DNA from: Macrostomum lignano
Taxonomy: Eukaryota
Direction of reading: 5' to 3'
DNA length: 64,000 bases
NCBI GenBank assembly: GCA_002269645.1
Contig: NIVC01001280.1
Coordinates: 256,934-320,933 of the forward strand
Part shown: positions 35,486-47,215 of the stretch, piece by piece
Position numbering within the stretch: position 1 is the first letter of the stretch
Layout of the letters: every line of letters begins with the position of its first letter
Notes under the pieces: generated by a model
What the model was told of the DNA's origin: nothing
Seen by the model: the letters and a program-made list of their open reading frames with translations, nothing else
The model's database searches: none
Program-made: the position numbers and the translations under genes

Positions 35486-36782
35486 AACACTCAAAATCTA
35501 TGGCAATTTTTGAAGGCAACTTTTCGCCGAAAAATACACTACGGAGATAGGAAGTTTTCATTTTTTCAGCACAAAAATTGTTATTGCTTTCGATAGGAGG
35601 CAGACTTAGTATTCATCTTTCGATATGTTGTGCGTTTCTTATAGCTCTATTAATATTCATAAATATATTTATCAAATAATATATTTGAGATCTAAGGGTT
35701 CGCTCAGAGAGCAACATGCACTTGAGTATTGTGGATGTACATTATGTTACAGCTATAGGCTCCCTCCTTTCTAATATCAAATCTCACCACTGTCACCAAA
35801 TGTTACAGGTGTAATAATTGTTCCTAGTTACTAATGCCACCAACTTGTAGCAGGCCTATTTACTCCCTGTCTAAATCCACCAGTTCAATCACTAGATTGT
35901 ACTACTAAATCTATTATTTCTAACCCTAAGAATCCTAATAATTATACCTATATGTACGTCTATGGGCTATCGTCAGTACGAGTAACCCTGGTAGCTTCAG
36001 TGCCCGAGCGGCAAGACACTGTTGACTACTATACTAATTACTACTAATTTCTAAACTACTCAGTCCAAACACAGTCCAAATACTGTCTTTCCCGACTCAA
36101 TACTGCATCACGCTTGTATTAGCCTAGATCTACGAGTATTCCTGGGGAATCCTCCCTCCTTACTGGCAATCCACCCTTTTTACTCAGCAAAACGCTTGTT
36201 CGGCAATCCCTGCTCAACTACACTGGCAAAACGCCCTTTCTATCCAACACGGTCTTTCCAAACTTGCAATCCTGCTTAAATAACTAAGAGAGTAAAACCA
36301 GAGAAATCTTAATTTCTAAGCTTACTGAGTATTGAACCCAACGAAAGTGTTAAAGAAAATGTTTAGTTTTTCGCCTTATATTTATACTAAATGAAACCTC
36401 TCTCTATTGGCTCGCGATACATTCGTTTAAACAACATTTAGTTAAAACAAAATATTCGACTCTCTAAAACAAAAGTTACTACGTTAAAACAAATATCATA
36501 TTAAAACAAAATATTCGTGTAACTGTTATTTGGCGGGTATTTGACTTACAAAAATGTTAATATTTTCTTAGAACAAAATATGAGCCCTACTGCAATTAGT
36601 TTGATGTACACTATAAATAGACAGGGGCGTAGGGCGCAAGGTATAATAGAGTACAACAATCATTTTCGAAATTCCTAGGCCAATTTCGAACTTGGCGCTA
36701 CTGATAGTTTTTGGATGATTTAGATGGACTCTCAAGTTATCAATGTTCAAAGAGTCCACCACACATTCGTCACCTTGCTGCC

Positions 36783-39700
36783 ATGGCAGCACAGGCAGAG
36801 CAAGCCCAGTCGCCAGTCAAGCGTAGTCGTCAGGATCCAACCCGGCCCCTGGCAAGCAGTTGGAATGCGGCTAACAGTGCTCACGGCAGCTCTGGACACA
36901 TTTTGGACAAGGGCATTGTAAGCCGCTGGTCTAGGGACGATCTGGAGGATAAATATCTCAGTTTGTATCAGGACCACAGCAAACTAAAAGAGAGATTTAG
37001 AGAACAAGAAGAAAAAATCCATGAGTTCAAGCTGGTGCTAAAGAAGAGACAAGACGAGGTAAGTGCAAGAATTTGGAACCACGATCTTGATAGTTATGAA
37101 ATTCGAAATAAAAATAAAAAACAGCTATCGCTAAACTTGAGCATTTACGCTCGTACAAGCTGAGTGGCAACTTCATAAAAAATGATTTCCTTGTAATTGC
37201 ATGTTTGCAGAAAAACAACAAAAACCACCATTATGCTTTGCTTAAATAGCCATCAAAATCGCAAAGTAGCTCGTATGTTGTTTTTGCTGTTTAGAAATCG
37301 TAATCTGCTGCTGGTAATGCAGCATTAAAGAACACACTTTAGGTCTCGAAAAAACTGTCACTAAAATGGCATCATCAGGATTTTACAGATAAACAGATAC
37401 ATTTTGTGATTTATTTCACAGATCAGGCAACAACAAGCAAAGGTTGGCGCTGGCGCAGCTGAATTACGGGCAACGGATCAGGTAGCAAAACTCGAAATGC
37501 GCAACATCGAGCTGGAAAAGCAGGTGGTCATTTGCAACAAAGGTTGACGCTGCTGCAATCAAAACTGGAGTCTCCTACCATCAAACGCACCTCAACCAAC
37601 ACGCGAGTTCTCCAGCCGCCACCGGGTCTCCGTCCGCAGCGCAGCCTCGGCCGCCAGGATGATACAAAGCTCCGGTTGCAAGCGGAGAACGGGCAACTTC
37701 TGGCGGAAATCGAGAGTCTCAAAGACAAGCTTTATGCGCAGGAAATGGAGCATCAGCGGCGAGTGCAAGTACGTACTTTTGTTCATTTTGTATTATTATA
37801 AGGAAGAAGTTTGTGCCCGAAAATTTTGCTAAGCAAAACGCTTCAAGGATTACACGAGTTCGATTTCCCAATCATTCAGGATCTCCATTCTGAGCTGGAA
37901 ACGGCACGGCTCCAGGTGGGCAACGATAAGCGACTGACAATGCAGGATGATCTTGAAAAGGTTAAGCTGCAGCGGGAGGTGCGAGAAAAATCCGCCATGG
38001 TAGAGCACCTACAGACTCGCTGCGATGCACATGAGGAGCGCGAGAGGCAGGCATTGGAAACAAGCTCTCGGCTCCAAAACGAGCTGGAAAGATTGACCAT
38101 GGAGGGACGCAGGCGAGACCAGGAGGCAGAGAGCTTGAAGGAAAGTTCTACTGCAGGCCAAACCTTGAGAAGGCGGGTGATGGAGCTCGAGCATGCTCTA
38201 GAGGATGCCAACAAGGAGGCCAAATTGCTGAAAGAAGCAAATGACAAGTTGATGGGCAGGTAAGAGAGTGTAGCCAGAAATTCAGTACTTTAAAGAACAA
38301 ACAAGCAAAACCGTAAATCAGTACTGCAAATAACTGCAGTTAGAAGGAATGCCTAAAGCTGAATTTTCTGGTTCTTTTCTCTTTCCTTATTTCTCATATA
38401 CTTTGTAGTTTGTGTCATTCAAAAGAAATTTTAGATTCACTTTTCTGTTTATCCCCACTCCAAAACAGCATGTGTTGTGCGCCCATCCACAGGAGCGCTC
38501 CGACCTCCTCCTGTGACTGAAGCCGCGACCCCAGGTCCCACGTCCGAGGGAGAAGCAGAAAAAAACAGGAAAATTAAATAGTAGAGCAGATTTAGGTCAC
38601 CGCGCTATTGTTAAGTAGAGTTTGAAAGTAGCCAACAACGGGCGGGAAAGAAAGGAGGAGGAAGGAAAGGAAAGGAAGGCCCTAGGCATCAATTTTATTA
38701 TTTTTGATTTTAGCTACATGTGTAATTTTAGTGCAAATTTACAGCAGGATGAGGTGCCAGGCATCGTGATCTATGTACGTACGTTCGAGAAAACTGGAGG
38801 GTTGGAGCAGGGCGCGAGAGACATGCTTATTGTGCAACGATACACGCGCAATAAAAAAATTCAAGATGACAAATAAGAAAACAATGAATAAGATTTTACG
38901 TGAGATGCAAAGCTACTCCTCCTCTCTGAAGCTTCACCAGAAGTGACGAATGTCATTTCGAGCGTGAGAGCATGCGAGTTAAAGCCTAAATTTCTGTATG
39001 AGTCAGATACACCTAAATGGCTGCCTCTGATGAACCGTTTGAACCACAAAATTCAGATTTCTGTGTCTAAGGATCTTTTGAAGATCGCCTGCTATCCGAC
39101 TGCAAGGACTAACTTAACAACTCAGGACGTTACACTCGCGAATGGTAGAAATTGTAGAAAAGGCCGCTTGCTTTAGCTGTATCTATGGCAATGAAGCCTT
39201 TTCACTAACACTTTAATGTATTCTGTATCTAACATTCTGTATTTAGTTAATATTTGTATAATTGTAAAAATAAATTTTATAGCGCAAATTGTCTTGCTTC
39301 TTTATCGAAAAGGCTCATTGAAAAAACATAGACACACAAAGCAAGCGGCCTTTTCTAGAATTCCTACCATTCGCGAGTGCAACGTCCTGAGTTGGTAAGT
39401 AGTCCTTGTCCGACTGTCATTCCAACCAGCTGATCATGAAGCAAGAACTTGACTACGGTGGTTCTCAATGCTGAAAACAAAACTCAGGAAAATTAGACGA
39501 TAAATTTTCAAATTGTCTTGCAAAGTTACTTTAGCAATTGATATCTAGGAAAAATTAAAGTGATTGTGTGAGATAGCTTGACACCAAAAGGTGAGGACAA
39601 GTTTTTGCCATCTGTTGTATCTCGGAAAAATGAAAAATTCTTTGAGTCAGCGAATTTTAAAGGTAGCTAGTACGTTAGGTATACAATTTTATGATCATTT

Positions 39701-40103
39701 TTTATTATTAACATAAGTGATTTAGAAAATTAACGAAAATAAATTGTATTAAATAATAATAAATACGAAGTGAACAAAAATTCAGAATCAAAAGAGAGGA
39801 AAAAATTTTGATTGTTAACGCTATTTTGACTAATGAAGCCCCTGTCACATCATCAGCGCCTTCGATGTCGAGCGGGAGCGCCAATGGCAGGCCAGAGAGG
39901 CAGCGCTGCAGGCGCAACTGAAGAAGCTGGAGGCTGTGGGTCACCGAGACGTTAATGAGAAGGGACAGTTTCTGGACCGGCTGGAAGAAGAACGAAACCA
40001 CGGCGAGGAGGTTGAAAGGGAGCTGAGCGCTTTGAGGATCAAGTGTTTCGAACTACAGGAGCAAAATGAGAGCCTGCGTCAGAAGGTGGCTTTTTTTGCA
40101 CAG
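36783..40103 (+). CDS. RPGRIP1L: RPGRIP1-like protein (fantom/MKS5), N-terminal coiled-coil exons only
   Basis: Exons 36783-37058, 37422-37768, 37880-38259 and 39857-40103. Motifs SRWSRDDLEDKYLSLYQD..LKERFREQEEKI, QDDLEKVKLQREVREKS and SAFDVERERQWQAREAALQAQLKKLE...LDRLEEER. A 1-nt frameshift lies at ~37524-37531. No further exon was found in the window. Confidence 0.85.
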
Positions 40104-41308
40104 GTAACATATTTTAATAACAGGCTTTTACAGAACTTGTAAATATCTGCGTGTTTTTAAGCTCGCCTTTACTCAGAGCAGACTCAGAATTGGCAAAACG
40201 TCCTTTTCGAGACTAATCATTAGCACTCACATATAATTCTTCAAGTAACGGTGGATTCCAGCGCGCATGCATACCAGCGAACTGCAACTGCACACGGTTT
40301 CATCATTCTTTTTAACCAACGAAAAATAAAGGCACATATACTGACATGAATACGAATATTGAGTCGGTATCGTCTCAATTTGGCTTGGCAGTCCTTGATC
40401 TTCCAGAAATTTTCGGAAATGAGCAGCGACGTAGCTGCTGCTTTCTCAGACTCTGCGCATGTCCTCCATCTTGGCAATTTCATCCAGTAAAAGCCCCATA
40501 TACGCTCGTATGGACACTTCAGCCAGAAAAGTATCAATCGTTTTCGCCTGGTACTGGCAGTCCCGTGAACTGAGAGACAGCTTCTTCATCGCACCGTCCA
40601 ACGCTAAGCGTTGTCACAAATTGAAGTTCGTCCGATGAGAGGCCGGAAATTTCTTTCTCTAAGGATGAATAAAACCATGGATTGCTCGTCTGCCTTAAAT
40701 TTAGGGGTGCATTTTGCCTCGCGAAGCCCCCGAAGCCCCGATTGGCTACTGAAGATTCCTTAGTTGTCTATGGTAAAAATGTTGTAAGCTGCAGTGCTTA
40801 TGCATGGAAAGACGAGTCTCCTATATAACAATTTTATAGCTAAGTGAAATGTATCTTCGCATTAAATTGCTCTATAGTGTTATGATATGGAGAGAGACAA
40901 TTCATGAGTATTTGTTTGTGAGTACATAGTACATTCTATTTTAAATAAACCATAGCGATAAACTCATTACAAGAAACTAGAAATATGTAAGAATAGCTAA
41001 AATATCCGAATTCGGCCGGAAAAAAATGAAAATTGAAAGCAGCGTGAAAACATGTTTCAATTGAAGCAAAGAATGCGTAGATGAATTTACAATTGAGGGA
41101 AACTATTCATCAAATGATTTAAAAGTACGATCGAAGCAAGGAATTCTTGCAATTAATTAACACCTGTGACAAAGTACTGAACAATTGAAGCAACGGATGC
41201 ATGAAGGGAATCGAAGGCTAAGTATAGACAAGGGAAATTTTTTACTAAAAAGACAAGCTTAAAAAACCAATAAATAGTTACGCAGGACAGTTTTCCTCAG
41301 TAGGTTGG

Positions 41309-41850
41309 TTACTGGCCCATGAATAATATCTTCTTCGTGAGGATCTGCCGTACAGACACGGCCTTGCACATGTTCAACCGTTTGCATTGATGAAATATAC
41401 GAACACTGATGTACTTCGAGCAGCACTCAAGAATCAAGAAGTATCGGTGATTTTCATCTCTAGCCTGCTCACAACCAAGCTGGCTGAATAGGCCAGCAGA
41501 AAAAGCTTCAGCTACTGAGCGTGTCAGCAAGAGGTCCACCTGTGCCGACGATGGAATGCACTGCTGCGAACCTCGAAGCTGGCCCTCGCAAATGCGTGCC
41601 AGGCGAAAAAGAGTTGCTGACGGTTTAGATAGGCCACCTCGGTCTTTTACGCTAGTAAGCGCTAACAAATGCTCATCGCTGACAAGAGAACGGCGACGAA
41701 TTTGACATTTGAGGCGCGCAATCAGCTTTGAGCCAACAAATCCAGAGATATAGTCTGAAATATTGTCACCAATTAAACCTAAAACTTGGTGGTTAGGTAG
41801 CTCCGGAATGTTGTGTCTAGCGGCTGGCAGTTTGCTGATTCCGAGATGAG
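41309..41850 (-). pseudogene. Orphaned C-terminal segment of a P transposase
   Basis: DYISGFVGSKLIARLKCQI...KDRGGLSKPSATLF...HRYFLILECCSKYISVRI...RQILTKKILFMGQ parallels the C-terminus of the element at 886-4315 and lies after the stop of the THAP ORF. Confidence 0.8.
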
Positions 41851-41854
41851 CAGT

Positions 41855-42483
41855 TCAGATCTGGTGGCAAACTAAGTCGAAAGCGCTGTCGAGCCCAATG
41901 CGCTTGTCCTATGCAAAGTGATTGCACGGAACGCAAAATAACTATAATATAATATAACGCAATACAATGTAAACTAAAAGATAAAATAGATAGAATATAG
42001 AAGCTATAATACGCCAGAAGCTATTTAATGTCTGAATACCAAAACTGTTTCTCTGTTGCATCGCTTTCTGGATAGAATAAGGCTTCTTTTGCTTGAATCA
42101 GGTTTCAAGCTTCGTTTATCAATGCGAGATCTCCGTGTTGGTTCAACTGGGTCTTCAGCATCAAAGCGCTGCAGGACTGGAGGATCGGGACATTCGTATT
42201 TCGGAACCGCTCTCGGTCTCAATCTTTTTCTACTCTTACTAGGAGCTTGGCTACCCTGTGCCAAAGTAAGAAAATCTTCGTTCTTGAAATGGAGTTCACA
42301 TAGGTACTTGTTAGATGTCGGTGCGAATTCTCGATCTGTTTCAACGTTTTCGAGCCAAATAGCCAGTCTCTGTGCATCTTTGGCAGGATATGCAAATAAA
42401 GACAGGCCATCGCAGTTGTTTAAATTTTTCGAATTTGATGTGCACGATTTGGCCGAACAGCTTCTTTTAATCCTTGCAGCCAT
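41855..42483 (-). CDS. THAP-domain protein (KP-like truncated P transposase), 165 aa if spliced
   Basis: Exon 1 42483-42040 (CSAKSC, P..W, CELHF, RAVP), GT-AG phase-0 intron 42039-41909, exon 2 41908-41855 (DKRIGLDSAFDLVCHQI then stop). The unspliced ORF is 152 aa. No disabling lesion is visible. Confidence 0.75.
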
Positions 42484-42984
42484 CTGCAGACCACTGCTTG
42501 ACTGAGGAAATACGGACTCGACAAATTGACAGCTCTCAGGAAGGGTTTACTATGAATCAGCACTGCAGCTTACAACGTTTTTACCATAGACAACTAAGGA
42601 ATCTTCAGTAGCCAATCGGTGCAAACGGGGGCTTCTCGAGGCAAAATTGCACCCCTAAATTTAAGTCAGACGAGCAATCCACGGTTTTATTTATCCATGC
42701 GGTGGTCTCGCTTCTCAATTCTCTCTTATAATTAAACTGTATAGTTACTCATTTAAACATTATGTCTATGGTGAGACCCATACCCCATGCCCATATTCAT
42801 CAATACGAGCTACAGCTCATGCGCTCGTTTAACTCAGCCAAATAGTCTATGGTACAATCACAGTATGGATCCTACTGGCTTTCCCATTATCGCCCTTAAA
42901 GCCTGGGTAATAACATATACTATAATATATGATACCTTTTTAACTTCGGATTCGTCAAAAGTGAGTTCAAATTCGTCAGCGTAT

Positions 42985-43453
42985 CATGGATGAAGGAATA
43001 GAAAGGATCGCTCATCTGAAATCGAGTCTATGGCCAAGACCTCCTAAAGATTGGGATGTCCCCCCCTATGAATTTCATTGGCTGCTGGAATTTAATAATA
43101 GTCCCCCCTAAGTTCTGGCTGAAGCTTGTACGCAGGGGAAATTCCAAAGTCAAATTAGAAATCTATAACTGCTTTCTTCCTCTGGGCCACGACGGCTTAA
43201 GGGAAAGAAATTCGCAGTTAGAACAAGAGAAAATGTTATCTATGTTAATACTACAGCCTAGCATGCGCGTTAATCGTGAATTTCCCCGCGTACAAGCTTC
43301 AGCCATTAATAACTTAGGGGCACTATTATTAAATCCAAACAACCAATGAAATTCATGGGGGGGAATATCCCATTTTTTAGAAAGTCTTAGCCATAGACTC
43401 GCTTTCAGATGAGCGATCGATAATCCTTTCTATTCCTTCATCCTTCATCCATG
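42985..43453. mobile_element. P-type foldback MITE, 469 bp, inserted in the Tc1 left TIR
   Basis: CATGGATGAAGGAATAG termini, palindromic over most of its length. 8-bp TSD CAGCGTAT at 42977-42984 and 43454-43461. Confidence 0.93.
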
Positions 43454-43705
43454 CAGCGTATGCAAACTATATAGCGCTCAAGGGGAAGAGAATGAGTGTC
43501 TATGGTAAATTTTTAGAGAAAGTGACTTCGAATTCGTCTAAGTAAGTGAAATTCGTCAGTGCAAATACAGCCTGATCAGAAAAAGTGTTTGCTTTGTCCA
43601 TGGTAAGAAAAGAAGGTGTCTATGGTAAATTTAAGTAAGAAAGCGAGTGAAGTTCGTCTGTGGAAAAGTAGCCCAATTTCTTGAAATCTTCATTTCATGC
43701 TTTGA

Positions 43706-44776
43706 TTGTTGTCAGAGATGCCCTACATGAGAATTTCGTCTGTGGATCGCTCTAGACTCGTGCGATGTTTTCAACAAGGACGAGACTGGAGACAACTCGC
43801 AATTGAACTGGATATCAAGAGGACAATTGCCAGTGACATCATCAGGAGATATGTTAATGAGGGTAGGATTGTTCTTAACGCGCGTGGAGGTGCAGTGAGA
43901 CCAAAGTTTTCTGAGGAGATGCTCGGAGCGTTGACGAGGTATGTGGAAGAGAAGCCGACTGTGACCCTCAAAGAAATGCAGCAAAAGCTTGTTGTGGATT
44001 TTCCTGCTGCTCCTGCTGTGACAACGCAGGCAATCAGTCGTCGGCTTGACGGGACTTTGTGCGTTACATTGAAGGATGTACGATGAGTTCATGGAGATTG
44101 GAACAGTGGCGTGACAAAAGAGGCTAGATTATTTCTACACATGACCTGGATGCTGGAGACCGGCCTGCTGTAAGGAATTTAATCTACGTAGACGAGTGTG
44201 GGTGCAACCTGTGGACGGCACGAACTAAAGGATGGGCGGATTTTGGCGATCGCGCAGTAATGATTGCTAATGCGCAGCGTGGGCAGAATCTGACGGTAGC
44301 GCTCGCTGTTAGCCCGCAGTTGGGACTGGTCCACCACCGCATCTTTGTGGGTGGCTTTACAGCAGAGAGGTTTCATGAGTTTATGATTGAAGGCGGGACT
44401 CTTGTTGATGATGAATTCACGGCACTTGCTGACAATGCCAGAGCACACGGAGTTGTGAATTTCGGGCGTCCTGACCAGAGGCTTCAGTTCTTGCCACCTT
44501 ATTCGCCTTTCTTGAACGCCACTGAAATGGCAAATTTCTTGCATGAAGGTGGCCCTGAAGCAGCGCATGACTGACCCTCAAGTTGTCTTTGAAGTTCAGG
44601 ATCGTCAGGCGGCTGTAGCAGCAGGTGAGACCCTGCAGAACCGGCGTCTTCGCATTTTCAGTCGAGAATTGGAAGCTGCAATGGCTGAGATCACGGAGGA
44701 GAAATGCCGACAATGGCATGAATTCACACTTCGTTACGGACCGCGCTGTCTGGCCCACGCAGACATTTTGGATTGA
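43706..44776 (+). pseudogene. DDE_3-type (Tc1/IS630) transposase, disrupted
   Basis: N-terminal HTH region, IYVDECG (D at 44191), ADNARAH and FLPPYSPFLNATE. Premature TGA at 44084-44086 and at least two frameshifts. Confidence 0.88.
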
Positions 44777-45044
44777 CTGAATTTAGTTACTGATGAAGAC
44801 CTTCTGCGATTTTAGAAGTCTGTTTTCCTGTTCTGTTTGTTTTTTTGCTTTTGTTGCTGTTGCTTTTGTTGACAGTACACACAGTTTGCACTGACGAATT
44901 TCACTTACTTAGACGAATTCGAAGTCACTTTCTCTAAAAATTTACCATAGACACTCATTCTCTTCCCCTTGAGCACTATATAGTTTTGCATACGCTGAAA
45001 AATTTGAACTCACTTTTGACGAATCCGAAGTTGAAAAGTTATAG

Positions 45045-45502
45045 TATTGCTTTTGTCAGCCTAACTGAGAATAAAGCCATCCAAAGTGAGAATCCTGCCT
45101 ACGCTGACTGCGAAGGGCCTGGCTGCGTGCAGCCTTAGTCTATGGGCCATAGAGAATAAAGGACAAGCAAAGTGATAAAAAGCCATCCAATGTGAGAATC
45201 GATTGGTCTATGCGTCGTATTCTTTTATTTTTATACCTTCTGAGCTTCTGAGCCATATGACTAGCCAATCCTAGCTTATCCTTTATAGTCTATGGCTCAT
45301 AGACTAGGCTGGACGCAGCTAGGCCCTTCGTATTCAGCGTAGGCAGGATTCTCACATTGGATGGCTTTTTATCACTTTGCTTGTCCTTTATTGTCTATGG
45401 CCCATAGACTAAGGCTGCACGCAGCCAGGCCCTTCGCAGTCAGCGTAGGCAGGATTCTCACTTTGGATGGCTTTATTCTCAGTTAGGCTGACAAAACCAA
45501 TA
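45045..45502. repeat. Palindromic array of ~100-150-bp modules with CATAGA/TCTATG ends
   Basis: 45045-~45200 is the inverse of ~45347-45502. Modules are joined by CTATG-NNN-CATAG three times. Confidence 0.8.
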
Positions 45503-45570
45503 TATACTAGCAATCTACGCCCCCCCGTTGGGGAGCCAAAGAAAGAATGTAAAGATGTAATGTAGCAAGC

Positions 45571-46050
45571 AATCCCCCAGACAGCAAGCATCCCCCAGAC
45601 AGCAAGAATCCCCCAGACAGCAAGAATCCCCCAGACAGCAAGCATCCCCCAGACAGCAAGCATCCCCCAGACAGCAAGTATCCCCCAGACAGCAAGCATC
45701 CCCCAGACAGCAAGCATCCCCCAGACAGCAAGCATCCCCCAGACAGCAAGTATCCCCCAGATCTAGACAGCAAGCAATCCCCCAGAGCTAGACAGCAAGC
45801 AATCCCCTAGAGCTTGACAGCAAGCAATCCCCCAGAGCTAGACAGCAAGCAATCCCCTAGAGCTTGACAGCAAGCAATCCCCCAGAGCTAGACAGCAAGC
45901 AATCCCCCAGATCTAGACAGCAAGCATCCCCTAGATCTAGGAAGCAAGCAATCCCCCAGATCTAGGCAGCAAGCAATCCCCCAGATCTAGGCAGCAAGCA
46001 ATCCCCCAGATCTAGACAGCAAGCATCCCCCAGACAGCAAGCATCCAACA
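45571..46050. repeat. Minisatellite: 18-bp CCCCCAGACAGCAAGCAT units grading into 24-25-bp units
   Basis: Tandem copies are visible directly. A further degenerate block lies at ~46290-46450. Confidence 0.93.
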
Positions 46051-46760
46051 GACGTAGCAAGCACCCAAGACCCGGGGCACACACAGACAGACCATTTTTA
46101 GCATCAGTCATATATGCTTTGAGTTGGCACTGCAGTCAAATACATAGCAGTGATAGGCCGCTCAGTGTGCGGGCAGAGCCAATGCACTGTTGAATGAAAT
46201 CTATAAATAGCAATTGTCTATGCAGTCCACCAGTCAGTCAGGGTCTTAATGTATTACACACGCAGCCACTGAGCATTTTTCTCTCCTAAGCAAGCTCCCC
46301 AAGACAGCAAGCTCCCTCAGACGGCAAGAATCCCCCAGACAGCAAGCATCCCCAGACAGCAAGCTCCCCAAGACAGCAAGAATCCCCTATACAGCAAGCA
46401 TCCCCCAGATAGTAGGCATTCCCCAGATAGCAAACATCACCCAGACTTAGCAAGCAGTCGACCAGTAAGCGCCCTCACAAAATTCTACATTGATGCCCCG
46501 CAAAAGTAATGTTTATATTATTGTCATTAATGCAAGAGATTTCCGGGCATCAATGTCGAAAATTCCGGGCTCTGTGTTATTACACAGAATGCAGTTGAAA
46601 TGTCTATGGCCATTCTTTCTTTTGATTTGCCAGCTCTGGGCCATAGACGAAGTTTTGATGGTCCAGGTCTAGAGATGGACAGTAAAACTGAAGGAGCTAG
46701 AAAAATGCTAAATATATTTTTTCAAATCTGTCAGAACTAAGCTGTGCTTGAGTTCTGAAA

Positions 46761-47215
46761 ATGATCAACCATTTAATTAATTATTCCAATCTGCCGGGAG
46801 AAATGGTTTCCGGTATGTCGACCGAAGAGCTGGCGTGGGTATCATCCGAGTCGAACAGCCGGTATTTGGAGGAACTGAGCGAAGAATTTGCGCGCAAGAT
46901 CGAATCAGAAGAGATTCTCGACATTCCGGAGGACGTGATGCAAGAGTTAAATCAGCTTGAACGAGATGGAATACCGGACTCCTCCGCCCGGCAGATGGAG
47001 GACAATGTGAGCCGCTTCAAGACTTTTCTGGAAGAAATGAAACTGTCAACGGATCTGCTGCGAATTCCAAAGTCGATTCTGGCTAATTATTTGCGTTTCT
47101 TCTATTCGACACTGCGAACAAAGGACGAGCGGTACTATGCTCCAGCAAGTCTCATCTGCATTAGAGCCGGACTGCATCGCTTTTTCTGTCTCAGTCGCCC
47201 AGAGATTAACATTAA
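46761..47215 (+). pseudogene. Crypton-like tyrosine recombinase, N-terminal (core-binding) fragment in an open frame
   Basis: SARQMEDNVSRFKTFL...LANYLRFFYSTLRTKDERYYAPASLICIRAGLHRF fits the DUF3504/Crypton pattern. No catalytic domain follows. Confidence 0.75.

Larger units (their letters stand above)
40660..42699 (-). mobile_element. Internally deleted P-element derivative, ~2040 bp
   Basis: TIRs of ~150 bp. The right end reads CATGGATAAATAAAACC on the minus strand; the left end is degraded (TAAGGATGAATAAAACC) and no TSD pair was found. It keeps the THAP exon and the transposase C-terminus but lacks the catalytic core. Confidence 0.88.
42935..45039 (+). mobile_element. Tc1/IS630-like DNA transposon
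   Basis: TIRs of ~155 bp (the left one split by a P-MITE), flanked by TA at 42933-42934 and 45040-45041. Confidence 0.85.

Noticed and set aside
40241-40573. RPGRIP1L exon 5 or a separate small gene
   Set aside because: No acceptor and frame combination gives the expected continuation, and the peptides match no family I recognise.
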